From assembly GCF_006345805.1 (NCBI RefSeq), contig NC_043000.1, positions 58,342,001 to 58,406,000 of the forward strand: DNA of 64,000 nt, written 5' to 3'. A program made the position numbers and the translations under genes. Position 1 is the first letter of the stretch; each line of letters starts with the position of its first letter. The stretch comes from Octopus sinensis. Its lineage: Eukaryota. Below the pieces are notes generated by a model that saw nothing but the letters and a program-made list of their open reading frames with translations, was not told the origin of the DNA and searched no databases. Shown here piece by piece: positions 48,886-62,692 of this stretch.

Positions 48886-49340
48886 GGTTTCAAATTTTGG
48901 CAAAAGGCCAGCAGCTTTGGGGAAAAGGGTATGTCGATTACATCAACCTCAGTATTCAACAGGTACTTGGTTAATCAACTCCGGAAGTATGAAAGGTAAA
49001 GACGACCTCGGCAGAATTTCAACCCAGTACATAACGACGGACGAAATGTCGCTAAGCATTTTACTCAGCGTGCTTACGATTCTGTCGGCTCCCCGCTTTA
49101 ATTATATAATTAAATATAAGGGCGGCGAACTGGTACAATTGTTAGCAGGCCGGGCGAACTGTCTAGCGGTATTTCGTCTGCTGTTACGTTCTGAGTTCAA
49201 ATTCTGCCGAGGTCGACTTTGCCTTTCATCCTTTCGGGGTCGATTAAATAAGTACCGGGGTTGATGTAATCGACTTAATCCCTTTGTCTGTCCTTGTTTG
49301 TCCCCTCTATGTTTGCCCCCTGTGGGCAATAAAGAAATAT
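48886..49340. mobile_element. Head-to-head pair of SINEs of the same family as the 43.5-45.6 kb array
   Basis: - copy about 48886-49098 and + copy about 49119-49340; TATAATTAAATAT at 48872, 49105 and 49347. Confidence 0.8.
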
Positions 49341-50404
49341 ATACAGTATAATTAAATATTATTAGGAACTGTATTTAAAAAAAACTGCAAATGATATAAT
49401 GATTTTGATGAAAAGTTAGGGGTTTCAGATCAACAGAGGCATTTATGCAAACAACAGGGTCGTTCTTATAATGGTGCGAAATCATGTCACCGACAATTAA
49501 CATGTGGTCAGGAAGAAGCCTCAACCCGGCCGCTCTACCGCCTAGAAATAACAGTCAAATTTCCCCCAAAATTCAATCGGGTTTTGAGACATAGTTTGTT
49601 TTCAGGCTGACATGTTCTCCATGTAAGTATTAATAAACAAACTCTAATGAACAGTTGCAGACGGGATCGGACAAAAGTTTGGAATGTTATAAATTGAACA
49701 AAAGTTTGCGAGCACGTAACAGGCAAACAAATCAACCTGAATACAAACCAATATGTGAAAAATATTTATATACTTTCAGTAACTGGTTTTCTTTTGTTTC
49801 CTAAATTGCCTACACTATTTAAAATATGGTTCAAGTGGTTAGAACAATACAAACAATCCTCTCATTTTACCACAACATTTTATGAACAAACTTGACAATA
49901 CTGTAATCCCCTGAAGTAGTCTAAAATTTGTCATCACATTTTTTGTGTGGTGGTGGGGAAACTGTTAAGTAATATAAATTCTCTAAGTGGTTGTTTCTAA
50001 AAGTTTCGTTCAATTTCAGAGAAATAATAGGTATAGGCATTGAATTTACTCTACAGAGTTCAAACATTTATGAATACACAATGGTGTCCATAACTTCCAT
50101 AATTCATTGTTAGATTAATTATATATTAACATGCTGATTTTGCAATTAAAATATCAGCGAAGAAATGTTATTTTGCAGAAATAATTAAATAATTTTAAAT
50201 CACAATAATGGTATTAAAAAGAAAAAAGATAGAAAGGGAAATGAGCTGGTGTCTTTGATATTTTGAATAAGATTATTAGAGTAATAGTTTAAAAAATGGG
50301 AAATTAAGTCATGGACAAATTCATCTGAACTTTTTTTTTACTTGAGTCGACCATTCTGTTTGAAAAAAATTTATCCAATGAATAAGAAAGATCTGTAAAT
50401 CTGC

Positions 50405-50553
<149 letters not shown>

Positions 50554-52645
50554 TAGACAGACAGACATAGGTATGTACGTGCGCACGCATGTATGTATGC
50601 ATGCATGTATGTATGAATGTGTGTGTATTATCAGACACTGTCGTCTGCTTCATTGTACCTTCTGATAAACATCGTCTGCTTCATTGAACAGTCTGATTGC
50701 GTAATATTGATTTCCTACATTGCCACAACGCCTCTGGTTTACAAGGAGATGGGCATGTATGACGTTCTATTTTCTTCAGTTGACACAAATAAAAAGAAAC
50801 AAAAGGACTTCAACTAAAAATCGAATCTGGCTCGTGAACTTGGTTTGCTAGAAGTTTCCTTATACTTTGTTCTATTGCGACTGCTGGATATTAACAAACT
50901 AATAAAAATTCTTTTCTTTAGAGGAATTAATTTCCGTTAATTAACGTTGACTATTAACTCCGTCCGTACAAAATATCACTTCGTTATGTTTATACCTATA
51001 AGTACTGAGTTCGTGCTGTAAAAATGTCTTTCTTCGAGCATCCCCATCACAAGTATGGCGGTGTGTAACTTGCTCTCTGTAGTATATTTCGTTCGAAGCA
51101 TAGAAATAGCTTAAATTAGGTTAAAGTTAGCTTACTTATGAAAACGTGGTGAGGCTGTTTCACCAAAAATAAGTATTCCAAAAATATATTCTAAAACCAA
51201 TATATAAGCAAAATTCTCCTAGAATTTCATTAAAATATTTAATATAAATGCACTTCGTTAAGCCTATATCAGCTTTTCCGATCATCCGGAAATGAAGAGT
51301 GAGCTTCAGTGGTTTTCTATTCACTGATCTGAAGAGACAAAATAAGACTGATGATTAAGTAACCATTAGTCTGAGCACTAACGTTCCTACTACTCTGCTG
51401 CTATTTTCAGTTACATAATATGGAAATGTTGTATAATTCAATAATTTTTAGTTATAGCTCATGTAATAATTTGATAAAGGTAAAAGTCGAGAAAATGCGA
51501 AATTCTTTTTAGTCCCTTCGCCCGTCCGTCCTGGATCGACGGTAAGTTCTTTTGAAACTGTATGTAAATGTTTCACATATATTTGTATTTGTGTGTTCTT
51601 TTTCATTGTTTTTTTCTTTTAGTTATTGATGATTTTAATTGATATATTTTTCTATATAAAATCAGGGAACATAAAAACTTCAATAGACTGTTCAACGAAA
51701 ATTATATATATAAACATTACAAGAATGTCCCACAAACCTCAGATAATCAAATGGCTATACCATTTTCTACAACTATATTCTAACTTCAAGAGAAAACAGG
51801 GTAGTGAATTGGTAATGGATTGGTAAAAGTCAGACAAAATGCCATGAGGTTATTCTTCTGACGTTTTATGTTCTAACTTCAAATTCTGCCGAGGTCAACA
51901 TTGCCGTTCATCCCTCCGCGGTCAATAAAATATAGTGCAGTACAAGCAACACTGAGATCGATATAACTGACTATTACATTCACTCAAATTTCAGGCTTTG
52001 TGCCTGTGTTGCACATTTTGGCGTGTAAGTGATAACTTTTTCCTGAAGTGTTTCTTATAAAATTACAAGATAGATTAAAGTATCTTAATCGATTCAAAGA
52101 AGATAGCAAGAGTTCTAAAACAAAAGCAAATCATCGAGAAAGGGTAAAGGCATTTTGCAAAGTAGCCACAAGTATTTAAATGAAAAATCACAAGGAATTA
52201 GAACTAGGAAAGCAGCCAATACCTTAGACCAATTCATATGAAAAACAGACTCGCCGACTATGTTTTAAAAGATGATAACCAATAGACTTCAAAAAGTATG
52301 TTATGTAAAAGGAAGTTAGATAGAGAAAAGATAGAGCGGGAGAAAGATAAACAAAGCTTTGGAGCCATAACAATAATCACTATTTTAAGAGAAAGCAGGG
52401 TATTGGATTGGTAAAAGTCATACAAAATGCCATGAGGTTATTCTTCTGACGCTTTCTGCCGAGGTCAACGATGCCGTTCATCCCCCAGCATCAATAAAAT
52501 TAAGTGCAGTTCAAGCAGCACTGGGGTCGATATAATCGACTATTTCACTCACTCAGATGGATGGATGGATGGACGGACGGACGGACACACAAACACACAC
52601 ACACCAGCAGCGTAACTAGGGTGAGGGGCGAGGAAACGGTCTGTC

Positions 52646-53707
52646 CCGGAGGCGAAATTTTTTTCTAACGAGAGTTCCGGACCCCATTTGCATACAGTCA
52701 ATCAGAGCTCAACTATCAAACTAATTTATGAGCGCATAACAAGTGATGGACGATAAGATAAGGTCACTTGGGTAAAGAATGACCATGCTTCTTTTCTCTT
52801 TTGGTAAAGCTTATTGTTTTTGTTCCTATTTCAACCATGGCTGCCTCTGCGTAATTATTTGTGATGTTGTTTGCTTTGTAAAACAATAAGGAGAAAAGGG
52901 TGCTGGCACATCAACCTCTACACATTTTCTCCATCCACATCTTTACCATATAGGGCCCTAACAAAATCCGATTATAGGTATAGATGCAAATCTATCTAAT
53001 TACTTGTGTCCTTCTAAAATCAGGCATAACTTGGCGATCAGTCAACTTACTATACCGTTCTTCGTCTTCAGTTTACTTGGTAGAGTGTGTTTTACGAAGA
53101 GATTGGTTGTTTTTAACACATTCACGAATGTTATGTTGGGCTTTGCGTCTAGGCATAATCTGAGAGCTGAACGGCACCTTTCCTTTCACACTTTTCAAAC
53201 AATCCTTCAACGGTCTGCCAGCACCAATGCGGTTTCTGCCACCACCAGCCATCTTTCTCTTGGATGCTACAGTTGGTTGCACACCATTTGTCTTCATACT
53301 GACAAGAGATTTTCGTTTGTAGAGGAAAAAATTTCACACTAGCACTAGAACTTTTCATTTTTTTCTTGCCAAGAGCATGTGCCACACCAGAGTACCAACC
53401 AATGTAATGAAGCGCGGAAGCTAACGCAGTATCTGTTCCCCCAAGGAATTCTTTGTTTTTAACATAACTTTGTTTTAAAGCAAGAAAAACTTTGTTTAGT
53501 CCATTGATTATTGGGACACTTCCTTTCTCAGCACTTGATTTTGATGTGCAACCGCATGTATCAAAATTTTGCCGAATATAAAATTGGTTTTGAAGAGAGC
53601 GTTGCAAGCGTATACCTTTGTTAACTTGACAACAAGGTCAAAGTGAGCTCTGATTGGCTGTATTACTGGGGTCCGGAACTCTCGAGGGCAAAATATTTTG
53701 CGCTCCG
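52646..53707. mobile_element. Non-autonomous DNA transposon with about 60-bp imperfect TIRs; shorter relative at about 61382-61750
   Basis: CGAGAGTTCCGGACCCC...CAATCAGAGCTC at both ends in inverted orientation; 52810-53090 aligns with 61382-61660; internal relic peptide MAGGGRNRIGAGRP on -. Confidence 0.75.
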
Positions 53708-55439
53708 ATCTATACCTAAATGGAGGCAGCACTTTTGGCTCTACTGTATAAGCCTGTACAGGTTATGGAGGCACGGTGGGGATGATGGCAAACTCAGTGA
53801 CTGACCTGGGAGGCACACACTCTAGTTATGACATTGATACATGCTTAAGGTTGTGACCCGTAATACTTTTTTATATATTAAAAATAAATTATAACTGTAA
53901 TGAAAAAAAAAAACAGCATTAACGTTAACAAAAATTCATCTCAAAAACGATGAGGGAGAAAATTAAGAAAATTTCAGACGACTAAAATATACTCTCATTA
54001 TACATTTTTTTTTGTATGTTCCTAGCATCTCTGCTAGCTTTCTCTTAGTTAGGAAGTGTTGATCGAAAATCACCTAGAACCAAAAAGTAAATAACCTTCC
54101 AAAAGCTGACGTAAACTGCAAATCAATTACTTCATATTCATTCATCGCCATTTGTGGTGCTTCACCCTAACAGACGGAATTACAGTATCGAATTATTTTG
54201 CCAATTTGTTGTTGACGGTAAAGCGAAAAATAGAATCCCTGTGAATAGAAACTGGATTGTGGAAGGTTAAATGAGCTGTAGAACCACTTTCAGAAAATAA
54301 TACAGCCAGTGTTATTAAAGCAACAATGAGAACTGGTTCGATTAAAATATGTCTTTTCAGAGCAGCCAGTTCCGTCTACAAAAAAAAAATGAACTTGGGT
54401 TGTTACTGTGACATTCATTAAGGTGTCATTGGCGTCGTTGTTGTTGTTGGTTCAATATTTGCTTGAGTACTCTGTAATTTGTTATTGCTAATGTCTTGAT
54501 GCAATTCAAAACATTTTGACGCATCTGGTACAGGTAATCAATAAAAGAGCTGATGAATGGAAATTCCATTTCAGATACATGAAGTTCGCACATCAATGAT
54601 AGCATGTCTCTCAAACTGTTCCTAATCATCATTAGTGTGATTATTTGTCATGGACAATTTTGTGATTTTCAAAGAATCTCAATTCATCTGAGATTTCATA
54701 AAACTGCAATACTGAAATGAACAGATCTCGAAATTGTGATGCAGAGCAGGCTTTAAATGCGCAGGTACCAGCTTCTGAAATAATCATGTCCAAGATTTGT
54801 GTAATAAAACCAGACATCTTTCAGGCTCTCAAAGGCTTGCAAAGTATAACCTTCCAGTTTATAATCTAATTTTTTCTCTGTTCAAGATTTTCTTCATTAG
54901 CACACACCAATTGCTTTCGTATGAATTGCACTACTCTGTAATATTTATGTTATATAGAGATTTAGGAACAAGAAAAAAAAAAGAAAACATTTGTTACAAA
55001 ATGTATATGAAACGAATTATTATATATTTTCAATTGTTAACTTCTCTGCTGAGATCACTGTTCGTGTTATCGTACTTCAAATGATGAATAGGAATAAAAA
55101 TATTACTTCCCATCTCTGTACATCTGTAATCTTGTGTTTATATAGGTTATTAATACTATAGTTTACACACACACACACACCGATGGGAAAGTAATGCAGA
55201 GCAAATAAGTTATACAATCATATCCAAAATCTTGCATGACCATGATCTCTATTTTTGAAGAGATCAGATATTTTCGGGAAGTGCAGACACTTTCAGATGA
55301 ATCTATTGCGTAATTGGTTCGGATTGTACAAATTTAACTAACTTTCCTCAAGAACATACAATCTTACGCACATATGTAAACATATGCATGTGAAAGCGTC
55401 TAATACATACGCACACATATATACATACACACATACATA

Positions 55440-55857
<418 letters not shown>

Positions 55858-58204
55858 TACACATATCCAAACCAAGACCCATAACCACTACGCACAAGTT
55901 GGTGGCTTGAGCCAGGTTCTCATTAATTATTTTAGGTGCCTATGTAGTCACGAGAAAATATAGACATCCTCTCGACCTTCTTAATCATGACCCAGCGGAA
56001 CTCACATGTGATAACTGGTATGAGGGAGGGCTGTGCCAGTATTTAGCTGGGCGAACTCGAAGAATGTGAAAGCGCCTTGCTTAAGGACACAACACACAAC
56101 TAACTCCAGGAATCGAACCCATAACTTTGTGGTCATAAGCCTGTAGGTCTCTTCTATTTTTTAATTATTATAAATTTTCCATTGAGGAAGGAGCCAGTTT
56201 CCAACAAAGATACAAGGCTCCATCTTTGGGATGTAGTTAACACGACAAATTCACATTTGGAACTTGAGAAAAGTTTTTTTCTTATTTTTACTGTTCCACT
56301 CATAGATTGGACTTGTACGAATTAACCGGTCGATTTCGCTTTCTGAAAATCCTAGTTTATCCCGATTCTTCTTTAAGCATTTCTTAACAAAACCTAGTGC
56401 TCCAATTATTATTGGTATAATATGAATTCATAGTCTGGATATAGAAGCTGGAGGTTTCGAAGCAGTTGTCCATAGATATCCTCTGTTTCTTTGATTTTCA
56501 AAGAGAACATATATCTGCAAGGCAGCTGACCTCTATGATAGTACTACCTTTGCCCCTCTATGTATGTATGTATGTATGTATGTATGTATGTATAAGTTAA
56601 AAAAACATAATATATATAAGCAGAAAGAAACGGAAAACAGACACAAGGACGCCACATCTTCATCAGCTATCGTCCAAAGGATCTACGTAATCTTGCGCCT
56701 TCAACGATAATATTGAACCCCTCTGGTGACGCCAACGACGTGAAGCCACCAGGAAATAGCGAGTCAACAAATAAGGGACAGAAAGTGAACATACAAATAT
56801 GAAATAAATAAACAATATACAAACGAAATAATATTCAAGACGAGACGAATAGTGGACAGACAAGGGACAAAAACGGAAACAAACACGACGGAATGTGGAC
56901 ATGCGAACTGAATGAAATAAATAAACAGAATAGGACCTTAGGGCTAGACAGGAGACAAAAATATGGTGAACGCCAAGAGGAATATTCTAAAGGATTAGAA
57001 ACAGAAAGACAACAAAACGTGTTGAAAGTGGGAGACGAGAGACACACGACCAGACGCATCGGCGATCGGTGCGGAAAGGAAAAGGGTATGAGAGATGACG
57101 ATGACCACTGGCCACGTGTCAGTTGTAGGACGGAGAAAAGTGGTAGAGGGCAGAGAGAGAAGACAAAAGACAGAAAAAGATAGCCGTACGGAGAAAAGTG
57201 TTAAAGGGGAGAGAGAAAGGGGGGAGAGAGGGATACAGACAAACAGACAGAAGGCGGGGTGAAAGGAAGAGAAAGGACAGAAATAGACGTCTCACGAAAA
57301 CACAAATTCACTAATTGCAAACAAATTAAGAGACAGTGTTTACTTATTTTAAAGCTCGGTACGTATTCTATCGATTACTTAGGACGAACCGCTAGATTAC
57401 TGGAAGATAACTACATTAACAGCGGTTGTCAAGCGAGGGTGGGGGCAAACACTGACACACCCACCCTCCCAACATTCATACACGCGCGCACGCGCTTCGG
57501 TTTCCGTCTACCAGATCCACTCCCAAGGTTTTGATCAGTCCGAGGCTATTGCAGAAGATGCTTGCCCATGGTGTCACGCTGTGGGACTGAACCCGGGACC
57601 ATGTGGTCGGGAAGAAAATTTCTTACCACACAGCCAAAGCAAACAGATCTGTTTGAGTGCATAACTCCTTCATAAGTACACGCGCGCGTGCAGAGAGAGC
57701 TTATTGTGGGTCTAAGTCAGATAACATTATGCAGAAGAGAGAACAATATTTCGCCCTTTCATTCTAGAAGCAGATAATTTTAAATTCATTTTCACAGTGA
57801 CTGTTTGATAACATTATCCGTAACTATAGTATATGGCTTCTTCTGCATGTATACTTACATGCACATACGTATATACCAATACCGCCAGCGAACTCTGACC
57901 AACTTATCTCTAATCCCAGAATCAACATGGTTCCACAACCACCACGGCCACCACCGCCACTACAACGACAACAACAACAATAAGAATAACAACTACCACC
58001 ACCATCATACAAATGCTCACGTCACAGTAACTAACGCGCTTTTGTTCTCGTCTTTTGCAGTATTTATACGGAATACGTTGATAGAATAGTAGTGTAGAGT
58101 AGGTTTGCTAACAGAGCCTTGATTTTAGTAAGCGGGTATTTTCGAATTTTAAATGTAAAGTTTTCATCCACTCATTCTTAATATTATCTACGATTATAAC
58201 AATC

Positions 58205-58271
58205 GGCTACCCGTCCGTCCGACGTCCATCCGTCCGTCCGTCCATCCATCCATCCATCCATCCATCCATCC

Positions 58272-58307
<36 letters not shown>

Positions 58308-58321
58308 CCATCCATCCATCC

Positions 58322-58390
<69 letters not shown>

Positions 58391-58616
58391 CTTATGATGA
58401 TGATAAATGAGCAGCGTCTAGAAAACTACATGCATACAAGTGAACATGTTTGACTTATATATGAGTGTGTGTGTGTGTGTGTCTGTGTATGTATGTATGT
58501 ATGTATGTATGTATGAATGTATGTATGTATGTATGTATGTATGTATGCATGTATGTATGCATGTATGTATGCATGTATGTATTTGTATGCATGCGTGTGT
58601 GTGTATGCATGTAGAC

Positions 58617-58654
<38 letters not shown>

Positions 58655-58690
58655 GTCTACATGCATACACATATATATATATATGTTCAT
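58205..58690. repeat. Compound microsatellite (CCGT/CCAT/CTAT then GT/GTAT/TA)
   Basis: Direct inspection. Confidence 0.95.
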
Positions 58691-60029
58691 TTGGATACAT
58701 GCCATGACTGTGTACACCGTTTTCTAGACATTATAGAAAGTCTAGACACATTTTTTGTCTTTCTTTTCTGTCTGGAAAATATTTCTAGTGTGCGTCACAA
58801 CTAGTGATGAATAGTTACCCAAATAAGCTGACAGCTTGTTTTGTGTTAACCCTTTAATATTGATTGATCACCAATGGATTTCATGAATTCAACTTTGCTT
58901 AACTCCCATTGGAATTGGTAGTATTTCTTCTGTTAATGTCATTTAGTCGAAGAATTTTAAGTCTATCAGTAAACTGTGACATCTCGCAAAGCTTAAGGAA
59001 TATTGAGGAAAAAACTAAGCCTTCCAGATAGTTTGCAATGAATTTTGTTTTGTTTTGTTTGTTTTTTTCTACATAGCTCCCTGGGCTTTAACACTATTCA
59101 GATTCAAGCTGATAGCAAAGAAAATAATTGAAAGAAAGAAAGAACTTTCTAATTCATTACCACACGTACATATGTATGCATTTACATGCATTTATTTAGT
59201 TTTCCACATAAACACGATTCGAATTCACGTTTGGTGTTTTATCCAATTAATCAGAATTTTTTTTGTTTTCTTTTTCTACCCAAACTGAATTTTAGAAAAA
59301 AATAGCGTGGTCATCCGACATACATCTATTGATGTTGTCAACTAATTTCTTGCGATTATTCAAAATGATTTTTGTTTGTTAACTAGTTATTTCTCTCCAC
59401 TTTCTACACTCACCTTCCCAGCTATTTTCATCTATCTGTTTACTCTAATTGTCTCTCACATGCTAAAACCTTTCTGTTTTTGCTCCATTCGCTTCTCTCG
59501 ATTTTCCTTCTTTTTTTTTTTTACGAAATTTCCCCGACTTTTTTCTTTTTCTGAACGATTATTTCGTTTTAACAGTCACTCAAAAAGATAATTAGCTTCT
59601 CATAGTCTCATAAATTATTACTGGCCAGGAGATAACCTACCCAAAAAAGAAAAGAAAAAGGAGGAGGAAGGAAAGTAAAGCAATATTTTGATATTAAAAT
59701 AAAGAAGGGATGGAGAAAAAGCTTAGCAAGGCTGTTATTCTTGTCGCCATCGTCGGGCGGAGGCTGTGCGATAATGTGACAGTCTCTTCAACCTACGTTT
59801 TGTCTTCGTAATAGATGCTGGCGTGATTTTCAGCGGAGGAAATTGAATAATAATTGCATGCTATAAAACATGTCTGTATATCTGTGTTGGTTTGTCAGAG
59901 CTTGCAGTGGAGAAATAATCATAAATGGGGAGCATCCACGAACTTATATACACATTATGTTATATATATTTCGTTTTGGGATTTGGTTTGCAAGATTCTT
60001 TATGTGAGTTTGTGTGTTGAAGCATGTTG

Positions 60030-60203
60030 TGTCTGGGGAGAGTCATTCTCTTCTTTTAGTGCCTTATTATTTAACACACTCACAAGTAAAGTTCCCACTC
60101 ATTTACTTATTTATTTTCCCTATAAATCTGTAAATGAATGGAAAGTTTACTAGTGAGTGTGTTAAATAATAAGGCACTAAAAGTGAATGACTCTCCCCAG
60201 ACA
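60030..60203. repeat. Long imperfect palindrome (about 80-bp arms) abutting (TA)n
   Basis: TGTCTGGGGAGAGTCATTC...TTTTAGTGCCTTATTATTTAACACACTCAC mirrored at 60140-60203; uninverted relative at about 60960-61068. Confidence 0.88.
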
Positions 60204-60239
60204 ATATATATATATATATGTATGTATGTATGTATGTAT

Positions 60240-60307
<68 letters not shown>

Positions 60308-60928
60308 ATACACATACATATATTCTTTTATTCTTAGTACTAATTCTATCGGCATCTTTTGCCGAACCACTAAGTTACGGGGACGTAAATACACCAGCAT
60401 CGGTTGTTAAGCGATAGTGGTGGGGGGGGGGGGCAAACACAGACACACACACACATATATGGAACTAAATAATGGAACTGAAGATACAATATACTTGCAT
60501 ATCTTACGTCTATTTTCATTCCTCCACTTCACTCTCTATTTCATATCTTATCTAGAATAACTATTGCTTAACCATTTTCTCGCAGTCTCGGATGAAGGGA
60601 TATATAAAATATCTCGGAAACAGCTGTAAGACCTATTTATAAATTTTCAGCCTTGGGATTTTTATCTCATTCTGTTAATTTATATATATATGTGTGTGTG
60701 TGTGTATGTGTATATGACGGGCTTCTTTCAGTTTCCGTCTACTAAATCCACCCACAAGGCTTTGATCGGCCCGAGGCTATAGTAGCCGGAACCCTGAACC
60801 ATGTGGTTGGAATGTATGTATGTATGTATGTATGTATGTATGTATGTACGTATGTATGTATGTATGTATGTATGTATGTGTGTGTGTGTATGTATGTATA
60901 CACACACGCACACATATCCATATATATA

Positions 60929-60960
<32 letters not shown>

Positions 60961-61064
60961 TTCGTTTTTGGATTTGGTTTGCAAGATTCTGTATGTGAGT
61001 TCGTGTGTTGAAGCATATTTTGTTGTGTCAGGAGAGAGTCATTCTCTCTTAGTGCCTTATTATT

Positions 61065-61379
61065 TAACCACTACGCCATATGCCCGTGGCATATGGCGTA
61101 GTTGTTAAGAGCACGAGCTACTAACCCCAAGATTCCGAGTTCGATTCCAAGCAGTGACCTGAATAATAATAACAAGAAGAAGAAGAAAAAGAAGAAGGAA
61201 AAGAACATCGAAAAGTACCTTAAGAATGAGAACCCAGGTTCAAAATTTCCCCAAGACACCTGAAGAAGGCTGGAGGGCATATCAGCCGAAATGTTGTGTT
61301 AACAACAAACAAGATGAGGACAAATATCCGTCAAATGTAAATATTGAACATAATTCCTCATCTCTTAAATATAGAACTG
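61065..61379 (+). mobile_element. tRNA-headed SINE-like element with Penelope-like hammerhead tail and 5' inverted duplication
   Basis: A-box-like TGGCGTAGTTG (61094-104), B box GAGTTCGATTCC (61137-48), AAT/AAG microsatellite, hammerhead; 61065-84 is the inverted copy of 61088-107. Confidence 0.6.
61255..61300 (+). ncRNA. Minimal type I hammerhead motif in the tail of a tRNA-headed element
   Basis: GACAC-CUGAAGA(A)-GGCUG...CAGCC-GAAA-UG-UU/GUGUU; stem III reads AUGU, plausibly a CpG-decayed ACGU palindrome. Confidence 0.6.
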
Positions 61380-62550
61380 GCTTATTGTTCTCGTTCTTGT
61401 TTCAACCATGGCTGCCTTTGCGTAGTTATTTGTATTGTTGTTTACATAGTAAAACAGTAAGGAGAGGGTTGCTAGCACATCACCCTCTACCTTCATTTTT
61501 TCCAGTCTACATCATTACCATATAGGGCCCTAACAAATGATAGGTATAGATTCAAATTTATCTAAATAACTTGTCTCCTTCTAAAATCAGGTATAACTTG
61601 ACGATCGGTCGACTTAGAATACCGTTCTTCGTCTTGAGTTTACTTGGTAGAGTGTGTTTGATAAGTTGACACGGTCTGATTGGGTGTATGCAAATGAATT
61701 CATTACTGGGGTCCAGAACTGTCGTGGGAAAAAAAAACTTTCGCATCCGGGGTGTTAGTGAATGTCACTTTCGGGACTGAATCCGAAACCATGTAGTTGC
61801 TAAGCGAGCTTCAGCTGAATCCTTGTAGAGCACTACAGCAAATTTAGAGATGCAGCTTTCATCAAACAATAAAATTGCCCGACGAAATTGGCGACGTAAC
61901 ACTTAAGTTTTATTTATTCACTTTTTTACATTTGATTTTGCTAAGTTGTTTATTTTTGTAACTTAAGCATTGATATAAAATTTATTCTGGCTTTCAGCGC
62001 ATTAACATCCAACACTTGGCTGTCGATGAAAGAAGCAAATTTCTTGCAATTGCTGTCCAACTACGTTCAACATCTGAACTTCGAATTTGCTGACGGACAT
62101 TACGAAGTTAAGTTGTATGAAAATCAGATGTTTTCTATTGCTGTCACAGTTTTAGTAATTTTAAAATTAAGTGGATTTTTAAAAAATTTGATACATTGTT
62201 GTAATTTTTTACTGTGAATCTGATTTTGCTATTTAGTTGTTCCAGAAAATTTTTAGGAGAATATTGCAGAGGTTTAAGGTTTGATAATTTTTACCCAATC
62301 AGTAAACATGATTTGGAAGCTGACATTCTCTGCATGAAAGCAACACATTAAGAGGACGAATTTTTTTTATACATAATGAAAGAAAAACATTACGACAATG
62401 AAAGTTGCAAGAAGTTTTGAACTTTTGATAAATTTTGATGAATAAAATCACGTGAAACGGTCAAACAGCCATGTAAATATGATTTAAAAAGGAAAAGTTC
62501 CCCAACGAAATTTTTTGGCGAAATATTACAAAACAAACAAATTGTACGTT

Positions 62551-62692
62551 GGGGGTTTAGATTTAGGCTTAGGGTTTAAGGCTAGAGTTAGTGTTTAAGG
62601 TTGGAATTAGGGTTGGGGATTTGGGATTAGAGTAAGGGTTTGGTTTTAGGGTTAGAATCAGGGTTTAGGATTAGAGTTATGGTTTAGGATCA
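62551..62692 (+). repeat. Degenerate interstitial TTAGGG-like tract
   Basis: About 20 imperfect TTAGGG/TTTAGG/TTAGAG units. Confidence 0.75.

Noticed and set aside
53073-53607. ORFs 53149-53607 and 53073-53297 as a functional gene
   Set aside because: They lie between transposon TIRs, are frameshifted relative to each other and show no catalytic motif; kept only as a possible transposon protein relic.
56655-56672. CTGATGAAG on the - strand in a repeat-like region
   Set aside because: No GAAA or stem III downstream; at most a truncated relic.
61088-61160. Possible tRNA gene
   Set aside because: A and B boxes are present but I could not fold a complete cloverleaf with an acceptor stem; it continues into a repeat body, so it is treated as a SINE head.
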